Shown piece after piece: positions 21,113 to 31,299 of a DNA stretch of 53,918 bases; the stretch's first letter is position 1, and each line of letters starts with the position of its first letter. Source of the stretch: Rhizobacter sp. (GTDB taxonomy: Bacteria; Pseudomonadota; Gammaproteobacteria; Burkholderiales; Burkholderiaceae_C); the NCBI GenBank assembly GCA_031412075.1, contig JANOCG010000335.1; one strand, 5' to 3'. The position numbers were made by a program, and so were the translations under genes. The notes under the pieces were generated by a model. That model ran no database searches, was not told the DNA's origin, and was given only the letters and a program-made list of their open reading frames with translations.

Positions 21113-21267
21113 GAGAGTCTCCAGTGAATGAGGTGTCTTGAAATTACAAGACCTCACACCCCGGTTCAATCAGGATTCGGCGTATCGGTCGGTAGGTGCA
21201 GGCCTACGACAGTCCGTCGCACGCAGGCGCGTGATCGTTTGGGTTTTCCATCCCGCGCACTGCACGG

Positions 21268-23478
21268 TCACGATCCAACGTGGCCTCTCGTGCGTTCGTC
21301 GATGATTCGCATGAGGGTGTCTTGATCGACCGGCTTGGTGACGTGATCGTCAAAGCCCGCCGCCAGCGCGCGGGCTCGATCCGATTGCTGCCCGAACCCC
21401 GTCAAGGCCACCATGGGAACAGACTTCATTTGTTGCATTTGCCGCAGCTCACTCGCGATCTGGCAGCCGTCTTTTCCGGGCAACCCAATGTCCATCACCA
21501 CGATATCGACAGACTCCGACGCAAGCGCCAGACGAACCTCGGCATGGTTGCGGGCGGGTATCACGCTATGGCCCATCAGTCGCAGCAACTCGCTTGTGGT
21601 TTCCATCGCATCAAGATCGTCTTCCACCAGGAGCACACGGCGTGGGGCCGCAGCGTCTTGATTTGGCCCGGCGGGCATCGAGGCGCTCTGGGAGACTTTC
21701 GGGAGCGTGACACGGAAGGTGGTGCCGGTGCCACGGCCCCGACTTTCGGCGCTCACCTCGCCGCCATGAAGTTCAACCAGCTGCTTCACCAGCGCAAGAC
21801 CGATGCCCAAGCCGCTTGCCATGAAGCCCTCTCTGGCCGGCCCCTGCACAAAAGGTTCGAAGATGTGCGGCATCAGCGCCGCATCGATGCCCATGCCGGT
21901 GTCCACCACCTCAAGGAGGGCCTGCTCCCCCACGGCGCGGACGTTGACCCGGATCTCGGTATCCGGAGCCGAGTATTTGAGCGAGTTGGACACGAGGTTG
22001 TTGACGATCTGTTCCAGGCGCACCGCGTCGCCATTCACCCAGACGTCTTCCGACTCAATCGAGATGACGCGGCCAGAAGCCCGATCCGAGGCTCGCAAGG
22101 CCTCGACACAACGTCGAACGCAGTCGGCCAGATTGATCCGCGTGGGTTCCAGCACGATCTTCCCGGACACCAGGCGACTCACATCCAGCAAGTCATCCAC
22201 GATGTGAGCCAAATGCCGGTTCTGGCGCTGGATGATGGCGAGAAACTTGGCCTTCGCCTCCGGCGTGGTGCGGGGGTGCCCCAGAACAGCGGTGGCACCG
22301 GTGATCGCGGCCAGCGGGTTGCGCAGTTCGTGCCCTAACAGGGCCAGAAAATGATCCTTGGCCGTGTTCTGCATCTGGGCTGCTTCGCGAAGGGCGGTTT
22401 CGCGGGCCAGGAGCAGGTTGCGCTCCTTTTCAGCGGCCTCCCTGGATCGCCTTTCGGATGCAATCGACTCGCCGGCCTCCGCGATAGAACCGTAGAGGTC
22501 GTTCACTTCGTGGAGCGGGCTTTTCGTGATGACGGGGGTGACGCCTTTGCCGACGAATTCGGCAGCCCGCGAAGCGACCTCGATCACATGAATGAAGGTA
22601 CGACCCAGGAACGTCGCCGCGATGATCGCCGCAGTCAACGCGATCACTCCAGCAACCCCCAGCCAGATCACGGAGCGGGTGGCGGATGAATCGATCTGCG
22701 CCACCGGCGCAGCCACTGCCACGGTCCAGCCGGTCAACTCCGAGTGTGTGAAGGCATCGTAAGAGTCGACTCCCTCCAGCGTCTGATGCCGGATGAGCCC
22801 CTCGCTGGATGCCGCGGCGGCGGCCACGAGTTCGGGGCGCGCCTGCTTTCCAAGAAGTTCATCGGAATTCTTGTTTCGCGAGATGAACTTGCCGTTTCTG
22901 TCGATGACCGCGATCGTGATGTCAGAGCTGCTCTTGAGGGTCAGTGCGGTGGCTTTCCAGTGCTCGACCGAGAACGCCTGCGCAATGACGTACCGCTTTC
23001 CGTTCCACGCCTTGGTGGGCAGATACAGGGTGGTAACAAGCTTGCCCGTCGCTGGCCCGATGATCAGGTCGGTGACAAGAATGCGGTTGCTGGCCAGGAC
23101 TTTTGCAACTCGATCTTGCGCCCCGGCAGGTGGAGGCGGTGTTCCAAAGGGAACCGCCGTATTCACAACCTGCACCCCGGATTCATCGAGCAACAGCGTC
23201 CAGATGTGAGGCTGGTTGATGGCCAGTGCCTGCTCGTAGAAGGCTTTGAAGTTGCCAGTTCTCAAATGATCCGACTGGGCCATCCCCGTCATGGCGCCAA
23301 TCGATCGCTGCACTTCGCGGTCGACCAGGAGCGCCGAGGCCCGCACCGTTTCACGCAGGCCGCGCAGCGCGGCTTCTCGCTCCCCATCTCGCACCTGTTC
23401 GACCGCGACGATGGCGGCAAGAAAGCCTGGAACGAACACAACCGCAGCAACGATGAGAAGCAAGGTTCGTATGCGCAT
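21268..23478 (-). CDS. Hybrid sensor histidine kinase/response regulator (Cache-like sensor, HisKA, HATPase, REC)
   Basis: LGHELRNPL, NLVSNSLKY, DTGMGI, GLGIGL, VLLVEDD...MDIGLP...KP. Confidence 0.93.
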   Translation of the reverse strand: MRIRTLLLIVAAVVFVPGFLAAIVAVEQVRDGEREAALRGLRETVRASALLVDREVQRSIGAMTGMAQSDHLRTGNFKAFYEQALAINQPHIWTLLLDESGVQVVNTAVPFGTPPPPAGAQDRVAKVLASNRILVTDLIIGPATGKLVTTLYLPTKAWNGKRYVIAQAFSVEHWKATALTLKSSSDITIAVIDRNGKFISRNKNSDELLGKQARPELVAAAAASSEGLIRHQTLEGVDSYDAFTHSELTGWTVAVAAPVAQIDSSATRSVIWLGVAGVIALTAAIIAATFLGRTFIHVIEVASRAAEFVGKGVTPVITKSPLHEVNDLYGSIAEAGESIASERRSREAAEKERNLLLARETALREAAQMQNTAKDHFLALLGHELRNPLAAITGATAVLGHPRTTPEAKAKFLAIIQRQNRHLAHIVDDLLDVSRLVSGKIVLEPTRINLADCVRRCVEALRASDRASGRVISIESEDVWVNGDAVRLEQIVNNLVSNSLKYSAPDTEIRVNVRAVGEQALLEVVDTGMGIDAALMPHIFEPFVQGPAREGFMASGLGIGLALVKQLVELHGGEVSAESRGRGTGTTFRVTLPKVSQSASMPAGPNQDAAAPRRVLLVEDDLDAMETTSELLRLMGHSVIPARNHAEVRLALASESVDIVVMDIGLPGKDGCQIASELRQMQQMKSVPMVALTGFGQQSDRARALAAGFDDHVTKPVDQDTLMRIIDERTRGHVGS

Positions 23479-23787
23479 GTCGGGTTCTGGGTAGGGGCAG
23501 GTTCGGTGTGGTGCTGGCGCACTCGGTCAGCTGCGGGAAGTGCCATCGAATGCGATCGTGATGATCCGCGAAAAATCGCCATTTAGTTGAAGGAATGCTG
23601 CTGGAATCTTTGTAGGAATCTGAAGACGCCGTGCAGCCAAGCCTGAATGAAAGCCTCTTTTGGCACCGCTTATCGGGCGGTCACCCGTTTGCGCTGCGAG
23701 CACCATCCTGATGACTCTGTGCTCGCTGCGACCAGCGGTTGAAGGTCTTCTTGCGCCCGTTCTTTCAGCCAACCTGCAGGTGCCCAC

Positions 23788-24777
23788 ATGCTCCACCGCC
23801 CTCTCCTGCGCCGCTTGATTCTGGTGCTCCCGCTGGTGCTTCTGTCGCTCGGCGCCCCCTCGGTGGCCGTCGCTCAGCCGCTGCGCATTGCCGTGTCCCG
23901 CTCGCCCTTGTCTCTGCCGCTCTATGTGGCTCAGCAAAAGGGCTACTTGGCCGACCAGGGCCTGCAGGTGACCCTGCTGCCCTGCATGGGCGGATACCGC
24001 TGCATGCGCGAGCTGCTCGATGGCAAGGCAGACATTGCCACCGTCGGCGAGCTGCCCATCGTCTTCAACAGCTTCGAGCGCAGCGACTACGCCATCATCG
24101 GCACCATCGTCTCGACCACGGAAGACGTCAAGCTGCTGGCGCATGCCCGCTCCGGCATCGCCAAGCCACTGCACCTGGCCGGCAAGCGCATCGGTGCGGT
24201 CATGGGCTCGGCCAGCCAATACTTTCTCGAGCTCTACCTGCTGACGGTGGGTGTCGACCCTCAAGGCGTCACCATCGTGCCCCTGGCACCCGAACAGATG
24301 CTGGATGCACTTCAGTCCGGGAAGATCGACGCGGCAGCCCTTTGGGAGCCCCACGCCTACCTGGCCATCAAGGCCCTGGGAAGCAGCGCCCTGCTGATGC
24401 CCAACAGCAGCGCCTACCTGCTGACCTTCAATCTGGTCGTCCAGCGCCGCCACGTGGGCGTGCGCGATGCCGAGCTGACGCAGCTGCTGCGAGCGGTCGA
24501 GCGTGCCGAACGTTTCATCCAGGAGCGGCCCAACGAAGCACAGGCGATTCTCATGAGTACCCTGAACCTCGACCAGGCCTTCGTCGACTGGGTCTGGCCC
24601 GGCATGGGCTACCGCCTGGGCCTGGACCAGGTTCTGATCAGCACGATGGAGGGCCAGGCCCGCTGGGCGCGCCGTGAGGGGCATGTGAAGAGCGGTGCCA
24701 GCCCCAACTTTCTCGGGCTGCTGCACACATCCCCGCTGAAGGCGGTCAAGCCTTCGGCGGTGGGCGTCGGGCGCTGA
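23788..24777 (+). CDS. NitT/TauT (NMT1/SsuA)-type substrate-binding protein
   Basis: Signal peptide, LYVAQQKGY, LAGKRIG, IDAAALWEP. Confidence 0.85.
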   Translation: MLHRPLLRRLILVLPLVLLSLGAPSVAVAQPLRIAVSRSPLSLPLYVAQQKGYLADQGLQVTLLPCMGGYRCMRELLDGKADIATVGELPIVFNSFERSDYAIIGTIVSTTEDVKLLAHARSGIAKPLHLAGKRIGAVMGSASQYFLELYLLTVGVDPQGVTIVPLAPEQMLDALQSGKIDAAALWEPHAYLAIKALGSSALLMPNSSAYLLTFNLVVQRRHVGVRDAELTQLLRAVERAERFIQERPNEAQAILMSTLNLDQAFVDWVWPGMGYRLGLDQVLISTMEGQARWARREGHVKSGASPNFLGLLHTSPLKAVKPSAVGVGR

Positions 24778-24782
24778 ACACC

Positions 24783-27700
24783 GTGCGCATTCGCAGCCAG
24801 CTCATTGCCGCGGTGGCAGCCTGTGTCGGGCTGAGCATCGCCGCGGCCCTGCTGATCAGCCGAGCTGCTCATGTGGAGGCCGAAGCCAGCGAGGTCCAGT
24901 ACCGCGCCCACTCGGCATCGCACGACGTGTCGGGCCTGCTGGTGCTGACGCAAGAGTACGCCCGCCACTTCGAGGACCGGGCGGCACAGCAGTGGTACCA
25001 GCGGCACTCGTCCATCGCGGCCACCCTGCAGTCAGACGAAGCCCGCCAAGGCGGCACCGCCCTCAAGGAGCTCCGCTCGGTGACACAGGCGCTTCCGCCA
25101 CTCTTCCAGCGGCTGGAAGAGCTGTCGCAAGGGCGCGATGCCTTCACCCAGCGGCGACGCGAGGTGCTGATCGACCAGATGCTCACCAACACTCAGGCGA
25201 TGAGCGACTTCGCCTACCAGTGGTACCAGGAGGCGGCCCAGGTTCGCCACGATGCCGAGGAGACCTTTCGCACCTTCGCCATCGCCTTGCCGCTGCTCAT
25301 GCTGGCGATGATGGCGGCGCTGGCACTGGCGGTGCGCCAGCGCGTGCTGCTGCCGCTGCTCTCCCTCGACCGGGCCACCGCCCGAGTCACGCAAGGCGAC
25401 CTGAGTGTGCGGGCCGGCACTTCGCGGCAAGACGAATTTGGTGACCTGTCACGGCGCTTCGACGAGATGACCGGGGCCCTGGCGCGCAGCAACGAAGAGA
25501 TGCAACGCACCCAGCGCCAGCTGAAGGCGGTGACCGACAGCTTGCCGGCCTTCGTCGCCTATGTCGACAAGGACTTGATCTACCGCTACACCAACGCCTA
25601 CTACGGCACGGTGCTCGGCATCGACCCGGCCAGCCTCATCGGCACCCGGCTCGCCGACCGGGTGGGTGCCGAGGCCTTCGCCGAGCTGCGCGACGAGCTG
25701 GCCGGCGTGATGCGCGGCGAGCACCGCAGGTTCGAGCGCCGGCGCACGCAACGCGGCGCCGAGGTGTACCACCTCGTGGACTACACGCCCGACGTGGCGG
25801 CCGATGGCACGGTGGTGGGCTTCTACGTGATGGCCAACGACATCACCGCGCGCAAGCACGCAGAGCTGGCGCAGGCCCGCAGCGAGCACATGCTGCGCCT
25901 GATCGCCGACAACCTGCCGACTCTGATTGCCTACATTGACCTGAAAGAGCGCTTTGTGTTTGCAAACGCGCAATACGAGCGGCTCCTTGGCGTGGCCGCC
26001 GAGGCGGTGATCGGAAGAACGGTTCGAGAAATCCTGGGTGAACAGACGTATGCGCTGGTGTCACCACACCTGCAGATCGCCTTCGGCGGGCAGCGCACAC
26101 AGTTCGAACGTGTGGCTCGGCTGCACGAACAAACCCGGCATCTGCTGACGGACTACATCCCCGAATTCGACGAGTCCGGCGCGGTGACCGGCTTGTTCGC
26201 GATGGCGGTCGACGTCACCGCGCTGAAGAACCTGCAACTCGCCCATGCCCACGATGAAGAGCGGGTGCGCAGCATCCTCACCCACGCACCCGACGCCTTC
26301 ATCAGCATCGACTCCGACAGCCGCATCCAGGAATGGAACCGCCAGGCCGAACTCACCTTCGGATGGACGCGAGACGAGGTGCTTGGCAAGTCGCTGGGCG
26401 ACACGATCATTCCCCCGGAACATCGCGAGGCGCACCGCCACGACATGCGCCATTTTGCGAAAACGGGTGAAAGCCCGGTCGTCAACCAGCGCATCGAAAT
26501 CACGGCCTTGCACAAGGCTGGGCGGAGCCTTCCGATCGAGTTGTCGCTGGCCGCGGTCAGAGAGGGCCACGGCTTTGCCGCAAACGCTTTCCTGCGCGAC
26601 ATCTCCGAACGCAAGCTCGCCGAGACCCAGCTGCGAGACAGTGAACGCCGGCTGCGTGACATCACCGACCACATCCCGGCCATGATCGGCTACTTCGACA
26701 ACGAAGAGCGCTGCATCTTCGCCAACAGCACGGTGTTGCGGCTCAATGGCCTGTCGCGTGACGACATGCACCGCCACACCCTGCGCTCTGGCATCGGCGA
26801 AGAAGCGTACGCACAGCACGCGCCCCACATCCAGCGCGTGCTGGGCGGTCAACTCGCCTCGTTCGAGGGCCACGTCAAGCGCAAAGGCAAGGACGCCTAT
26901 TTCCAGGCCCATCTCGTGCCCGATCGGCCGGCGGACGGCCCGGTGCGCGGCTTCTACGTGATGACATTCGACGTGACCCCGGTGCGCCAGGCCGAGCTGG
27001 ATCGGGCGCGCAGCGAACAGCGGCTGCGGGCCATCACCGACAACCTGCCCGTGCTGATCTCCTACATCGACAAGGACCAGAAGGTGCGGTTCGCCAACGA
27101 AACCTACCGCACCTGGCTCGGAGCCGATCCCGCCAAACTGGTGGGCCAGCATGTGCAAGACGTGGTCGGCGACTCGCTCTACGAGCCACGCCGCCCCTTT
27201 CTCGAGCGCGCACTGGCCGGCGAGCGAGTCGAGTTCGAGAACGAGGCGCTGGCACTGAACGTGTTGCGCACCACCCAGACCACCTACATCCCTGACATCG
27301 ATGAACAGGGCGAAGTGCGCGGCCTCTACACGCTCAGCTCCGATGTGACGGCGCTCAAGAACGTCGAGCGGCAGTTGCAGGCCTTGGCGCGCTTCGACAC
27401 CCTGACGGGCCTGCCCAACCGGCTTCAGGTGAACGAACGGCTGCCGGAGGCGCTGGCCCGCGCGGAACGCTCGCGCGATTCGCTGGCGGTGATGTTCCTC
27501 GACATCGACCGCTTCAAGTCGATCAACGACAGCCTGGGGCACGCCACAGGCGACGATGTGCTCAAGGAGTTTGCTCAGCGGTTGCAAAGCAGCGTGCGCA
27601 CCACCGACACGGTGGCCCGTCTCGCAGGCGACGAGTTTGTGATCATCCTCGAAGGGCTCCACACCGAAGACGAGGCGCTGGCCGTGGCGGCCAAGATCAT

Positions 27701-27905
27701 TGCGTCGGTCAACCTGCCGATGCATGCCGGCGGCGCACGCATCGACGTCTCGACCAGCATCGGCGTCGCTTTCCACCGGCCCGCCGGCGCGCTGCCTTCG
27801 GCGAAAGAGCTGCTGATGACCGCCGACACGGCGCTCTACTCGGCCAAGGATGCCGGGCGCAACACCTTCCGCATGGCCCACCTCTCCACCGAGGTCGTGA
27901 GATGA
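24783..27905 (+). CDS. Membrane diguanylate cyclase: periplasmic domain, HAMP, five PAS domains, GGDEF domain (AGDEF)
   Basis: Two TM helices, HAMP DEFGDL..FDEM, five PAS starts, DTLTGLPNR, DIDRFKSINDSLGH, RLAGDEF. Confidence 0.92.
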   Translation: MRIRSQLIAAVAACVGLSIAAALLISRAAHVEAEASEVQYRAHSASHDVSGLLVLTQEYARHFEDRAAQQWYQRHSSIAATLQSDEARQGGTALKELRSVTQALPPLFQRLEELSQGRDAFTQRRREVLIDQMLTNTQAMSDFAYQWYQEAAQVRHDAEETFRTFAIALPLLMLAMMAALALAVRQRVLLPLLSLDRATARVTQGDLSVRAGTSRQDEFGDLSRRFDEMTGALARSNEEMQRTQRQLKAVTDSLPAFVAYVDKDLIYRYTNAYYGTVLGIDPASLIGTRLADRVGAEAFAELRDELAGVMRGEHRRFERRRTQRGAEVYHLVDYTPDVAADGTVVGFYVMANDITARKHAELAQARSEHMLRLIADNLPTLIAYIDLKERFVFANAQYERLLGVAAEAVIGRTVREILGEQTYALVSPHLQIAFGGQRTQFERVARLHEQTRHLLTDYIPEFDESGAVTGLFAMAVDVTALKNLQLAHAHDEERVRSILTHAPDAFISIDSDSRIQEWNRQAELTFGWTRDEVLGKSLGDTIIPPEHREAHRHDMRHFAKTGESPVVNQRIEITALHKAGRSLPIELSLAAVREGHGFAANAFLRDISERKLAETQLRDSERRLRDITDHIPAMIGYFDNEERCIFANSTVLRLNGLSRDDMHRHTLRSGIGEEAYAQHAPHIQRVLGGQLASFEGHVKRKGKDAYFQAHLVPDRPADGPVRGFYVMTFDVTPVRQAELDRARSEQRLRAITDNLPVLISYIDKDQKVRFANETYRTWLGADPAKLVGQHVQDVVGDSLYEPRRPFLERALAGERVEFENEALALNVLRTTQTTYIPDIDEQGEVRGLYTLSSDVTALKNVERQLQALARFDTLTGLPNRLQVNERLPEALARAERSRDSLAVMFLDIDRFKSINDSLGHATGDDVLKEFAQRLQSSVRTTDTVARLAGDEFVIILEGLHTEDEALAVAAKIIASVNLPMHAGGARIDVSTSIGVAFHRPAGALPSAKELLMTADTALYSAKDAGRNTFRMAHLSTEVVR

Positions 27906-28894
27906 CACGCGCGAGCGCGCGGTGGGTTCAGCGGCTGCTGCTGGCGTGGGCTGCCGCAGCGTGGCTGGCCGCGCCCGCACGCGCGAGCGACCTGGACATC
28001 GCCGTCTCCAAGGGCCCGGTCTCGCTGGTCATCTACGTGGCCCAGGCGATGGGGCACTTCGAGCGCGAAGGCCTGAAGCCACGGTTTCATGACTGCACCA
28101 GCGGGCGCGACTGCTACAAGCTGCTCGCCTCGGGGCAGGTTCAGGTGGCCACCGCCGCCGATGTGGTGGCCACGCTGAACAGCTTCTCACGCGATGACCT
28201 GGCCTTCATCGCGTCGATCAGCACGTCGTCGCATCAGATCAAGCTCATCGCCCGCAAGTCGGCGGGAATCACCAGCCCCGACAGCCTTCAAGGCAAACGA
28301 ATCGGGACCGTGACCGCCAGCTCGGCCCAGTATTTTTTGAGCAGCTGGCTGTTGTTTCACAACATCGATCCCGAGCGGGTGCGTGTGGTGTCGCTGCTGC
28401 CCGACCAGATCACCCCGGCGTTTCAGCGCGGGGAGATCGATGCGGTGTCGATCTGGGAGCCGGCCGCCGCCTCGGCGCTGCAAGCGCTCGGCGACGACGG
28501 AATGGCGATGCCCAACCCCCGCGTCTACACACAGCATTTCGGCTTGATCACGACCCGTGCGATCGCAGCGGCCAAAGAGGCCCATTTGCTGCAGCTGCTG
28601 CGGGCCTTGATTCGCGCTGAAGCGGTCATTGCCCAGAACCCGGACAAGGCGCGCGAGATCTTGATGGAGAAACTGGGGGTCACGCGTGAACAGGCGCAAC
28701 TGCACTTGAAAGAACACGACTACCGAATCCGCCTGGACCAGTCGCTGGTGTCCACCATGAGCAGCCAACGGCGCTGGGCGAGCCAGGAAAAGTTGGTTCC
28801 GCCGGCCGCAGCCGCGGGCACGCCACCTCGTTTGACGGCGGAGCCCAGACTGTTGCGCCGTGTCGCGCCTGCGGCCGTGACCCTCGCGCAGTAG
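27902..28894 (+). CDS. NitT/TauT-type substrate-binding protein (paralog of 23788-24777)
   Basis: IYVAQAMGHF, LQGKRIG, SSAQYFL, IDAVSIWEP, RLDQSLVSTM. ATGA overlap. Confidence 0.85.
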   Translation: MTRASARWVQRLLLAWAAAAWLAAPARASDLDIAVSKGPVSLVIYVAQAMGHFEREGLKPRFHDCTSGRDCYKLLASGQVQVATAADVVATLNSFSRDDLAFIASISTSSHQIKLIARKSAGITSPDSLQGKRIGTVTASSAQYFLSSWLLFHNIDPERVRVVSLLPDQITPAFQRGEIDAVSIWEPAAASALQALGDDGMAMPNPRVYTQHFGLITTRAIAAAKEAHLLQLLRALIRAEAVIAQNPDKAREILMEKLGVTREQAQLHLKEHDYRIRLDQSLVSTMSSQRRWASQEKLVPPAAAAGTPPRLTAEPRLLRRVAPAAVTLAQ

Positions 28895-29059
28895 TCAGTG
28901 GCCGATCACGACGGCCACTGCGGCCGCCGCAAAAGCCAGCACCGCGGCCACCAGCGCCACCCCGCGCGACAAGCCGGCCCCGCCGTGTGAACGGGGCCGC
29001 GCGTCGACCAGGCGCTGCAAGTCGTCATGGGCCATCGAGATCAAGCTCAACGAAATCAT
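28895..29059 (-). CDS. Putative 54-aa protein with C-terminal TM helix
   Basis: GGAG RBS, then MISLSLISMAHDDLQRLVDARPRSHGGAGLSRGVALVAAVLAFAAAAVAVVIGH. Below the ORF-track cutoff. Confidence 0.4.
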   Translation of the reverse strand: MISLSLISMAHDDLQRLVDARPRSHGGAGLSRGVALVAAVLAFAAAAVAVVIGH

Positions 29060-29230
29060 TGCTCACTCCAGAGCGGCAAGTGGCCGCGGAAGCCTTGATG
29101 GTGGGCGTGGCATGTCACGCCACGATGTCACGCACGTGCCGATTCGTTTCATTTGTTCAAACGCAGGGCCAGCCCGAACGGGCCATGCCAGGGGCGCGGA
29201 GCTGAAACGGCCGAGCCACGCCAAATTGCT

Positions 29231-29434
29231 TCAGAGATGCAGGCGCTGCAGGCAAGCGCCCATGGCTGAATGCAGGGCCGCACGCCAACGAGGCGTGGGT
29301 TCCGACAGCACCGGCTTTGTGTGCAAACCATGCGGCGAATCAGCATCGTGAACCGCTTGTCGCAGGAAACCCGGATCCATCAACGCTCCCACCGACGACG
29401 GGGTGTAGTGGAGGTGATCGTGGTCAGTGCCCAT
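29231..29434 (-). CDS. Small hypothetical protein
   Basis: 67 aa with a strong AAGGAG RBS. Confidence 0.45.
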   Translation of the reverse strand: MGTDHDHLHYTPSSVGALMDPGFLRQAVHDADSPHGLHTKPVLSEPTPRWRAALHSAMGACLQRLHL

Positions 29435-29537
29435 GGTTGTCTCCTTGGCGTCTGTTGGCTAACGCACCGCGCTTGCAAAGAGCGTATCAGGAATCCATGT
29501 AAACTGTTTATACCGTATACGCCATTGATGGATTCAC

Positions 29538-29924
29538 ATGACCAGTACAACGCAAACCCGCAAGACTCCTGCTCCCGCCAAAACCGCCAAAGCGCCCGCG
29601 ACCAAGCGGCCGCCGGTGAGCGCCAAGAAGACCGCGCCTGCCAAGAAGACCCCCTCCACCCAGGGTGGGCCTGTTGCACCGCACAAGAGCAAACCGAAGC
29701 TCGTGCGCGACAGCTTCACCATCCCCAAGCCCGAATACCTGGTGCTTGAAGTGCTGAAGGCGCGCGCCGTCAAGCTGACGCGACCCGCGAAGAAGAGCGA
29801 GCTTTTGCGCGCGGGCATCCAGGCGCTGCATCAGATGACGGACAAGGCATTTCTGGCCGCGCTGGACAGCGTTCCCAGCCTCAAGACCGGCCGACCGAAA
29901 GGCGTGAAGTTGAACAAGGACTGA
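29538..29924 (+). CDS. Basic protein with Lys/Ala/Pro-rich (histone H1-like) N-terminus and putative DNA-binding C-terminal domain
   Basis: PAKT/PAKK repeats, then KPKLVRDSFTIPKPEY...KKSELLRAGI...LKTGRPK. Confidence 0.8.
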   Translation: MTSTTQTRKTPAPAKTAKAPATKRPPVSAKKTAPAKKTPSTQGGPVAPHKSKPKLVRDSFTIPKPEYLVLEVLKARAVKLTRPAKKSELLRAGIQALHQMTDKAFLAALDSVPSLKTGRPKGVKLNKD

Positions 29925-30005
29925 ACGCGACCACGCCGCAGAGTCAAGTGATCGTGGCGATTGCTCGCGCCTGGCCGGCGACGAGTCAACGCTGCGTCGA
30001 CCTCG

Positions 30006-31043
30006 CTACTCCAGTACCTTGATCGGCTTGTGTTTGAACACCGCCCGGATCACACCATGGTCGTTGGTGCCGTCGGCCTTGTGGTTGTCGAAGTTGAGGT
30101 GGTCGTTGTTCACCGCCATGCCGTCGAACAGCCACAGCCGCTTTTTACCGTTGTCGTAGAACTGTTCGCTGACGAGGATGTGATCCAGCGATTCGCGAAT
30201 GTCCTGGTGCACATGGGTGTAGTACACATCGCGTGTGTCTCGGTACTCCTGCAGCGTTTGCGCGGTGTACAGCGCCGCGTCCCCGCCGCCGACGGAGTCA
30301 CCCACCAGGTACCGGGGCTGCTCGGTCAGGATGTTGGCGGTGTTGCTGTGCTGGCCGTCGTTGATGTCACCGAGCACGATCACCGGCGTGTCGTTGCCCT
30401 TCATCTGCTCGGTCAGAAGAAAGCGCAGCGCAGCGGCCTCGGCCGTGCGGCGGATCGTCGACAGGGCGGCACCCAGCGCCGTGGCGTGTTTCGAATAGGT
30501 GGGCTTGTCGGCGCGGAACCAGGGCTCGTTGAACACCTTGGTGGGCGCCTTCGACTTGAAGTGGCAAACGTAGACATGCACCTCCGGCTCGTCCTCGCGC
30601 GGCCGGATCGTGAAGTGCGCCACGGGGCGGGAAAAGCCGCGAATGCTCACGTCGATCAGCGGTGTCTGAGGATCGTCGCCGCTTGACTGGAGCCGAAACT
30701 TCTCGGGGAACTCGCTGATCCAGTTGGGCGCTCCGGTCAGCAGCCCTTTGCGCACGATGGCCGCGCAGACGATTCTGCTGCCGTCTGCGTCGGGCGGCAC
30801 CAGCATGTCGTATTCCTCGCTCGAACCGGCCGCGTCCAGCGCCCTGGTCAGCGACGACGCGTGCCACAGCTCCTGAAAGCCGAACACATCCGACTTCAGG
30901 ATGTTCAACTGGCGCGCCGTCCAGGCAATCTTCAAGTCGTACTCGGCCTGGCTCCAGCCGTCGCGGTCGGTGTAGAGCGCGACGCCGGGTTCGTTCAGGT
31001 TGTACAGGTTGAAGGTGGCGATGCTGAGTTGCTTCAGTTTCAT
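30006..31043 (-). CDS. Endonuclease/exonuclease/phosphatase-family protein (no signal peptide)
   Basis: SIATFNLYNL, GFQE, HFKSK, LGDIND, LDHILVS, NDHG. Confidence 0.88.
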   Translation of the reverse strand: MKLKQLSIATFNLYNLNEPGVALYTDRDGWSQAEYDLKIAWTARQLNILKSDVFGFQELWHASSLTRALDAAGSSEEYDMLVPPDADGSRIVCAAIVRKGLLTGAPNWISEFPEKFRLQSSGDDPQTPLIDVSIRGFSRPVAHFTIRPREDEPEVHVYVCHFKSKAPTKVFNEPWFRADKPTYSKHATALGAALSTIRRTAEAAALRFLLTEQMKGNDTPVIVLGDINDGQHSNTANILTEQPRYLVGDSVGGGDAALYTAQTLQEYRDTRDVYYTHVHQDIRESLDHILVSEQFYDNGKKRLWLFDGMAVNNDHLNFDNHKADGTNDHGVIRAVFKHKPIKVLE

Positions 31044-31299
31044 CTTCGGTGCTCCCGTATGAGTACGTCGTGACCACGAAGGTAGCGGCGGTTCATGACA
31101 GCCATGCAACCGGGCGCGAGGCCGTGCGATCTGGAGCATACGTCCCGGGTCGCCCAGCGGGCGTGCCTGCCGAGCCAGCGCTCAAGAGAGTTGCCGACCC
31201 TCGCGAGGCCGGCGCCCCCTATCTCCACCCTGCAGGTGTTCGATCGCATGATGGCGCGCGCAGCCTCGAGACAAGGTGTGCTCTGCAGCGCCTGCGCGG

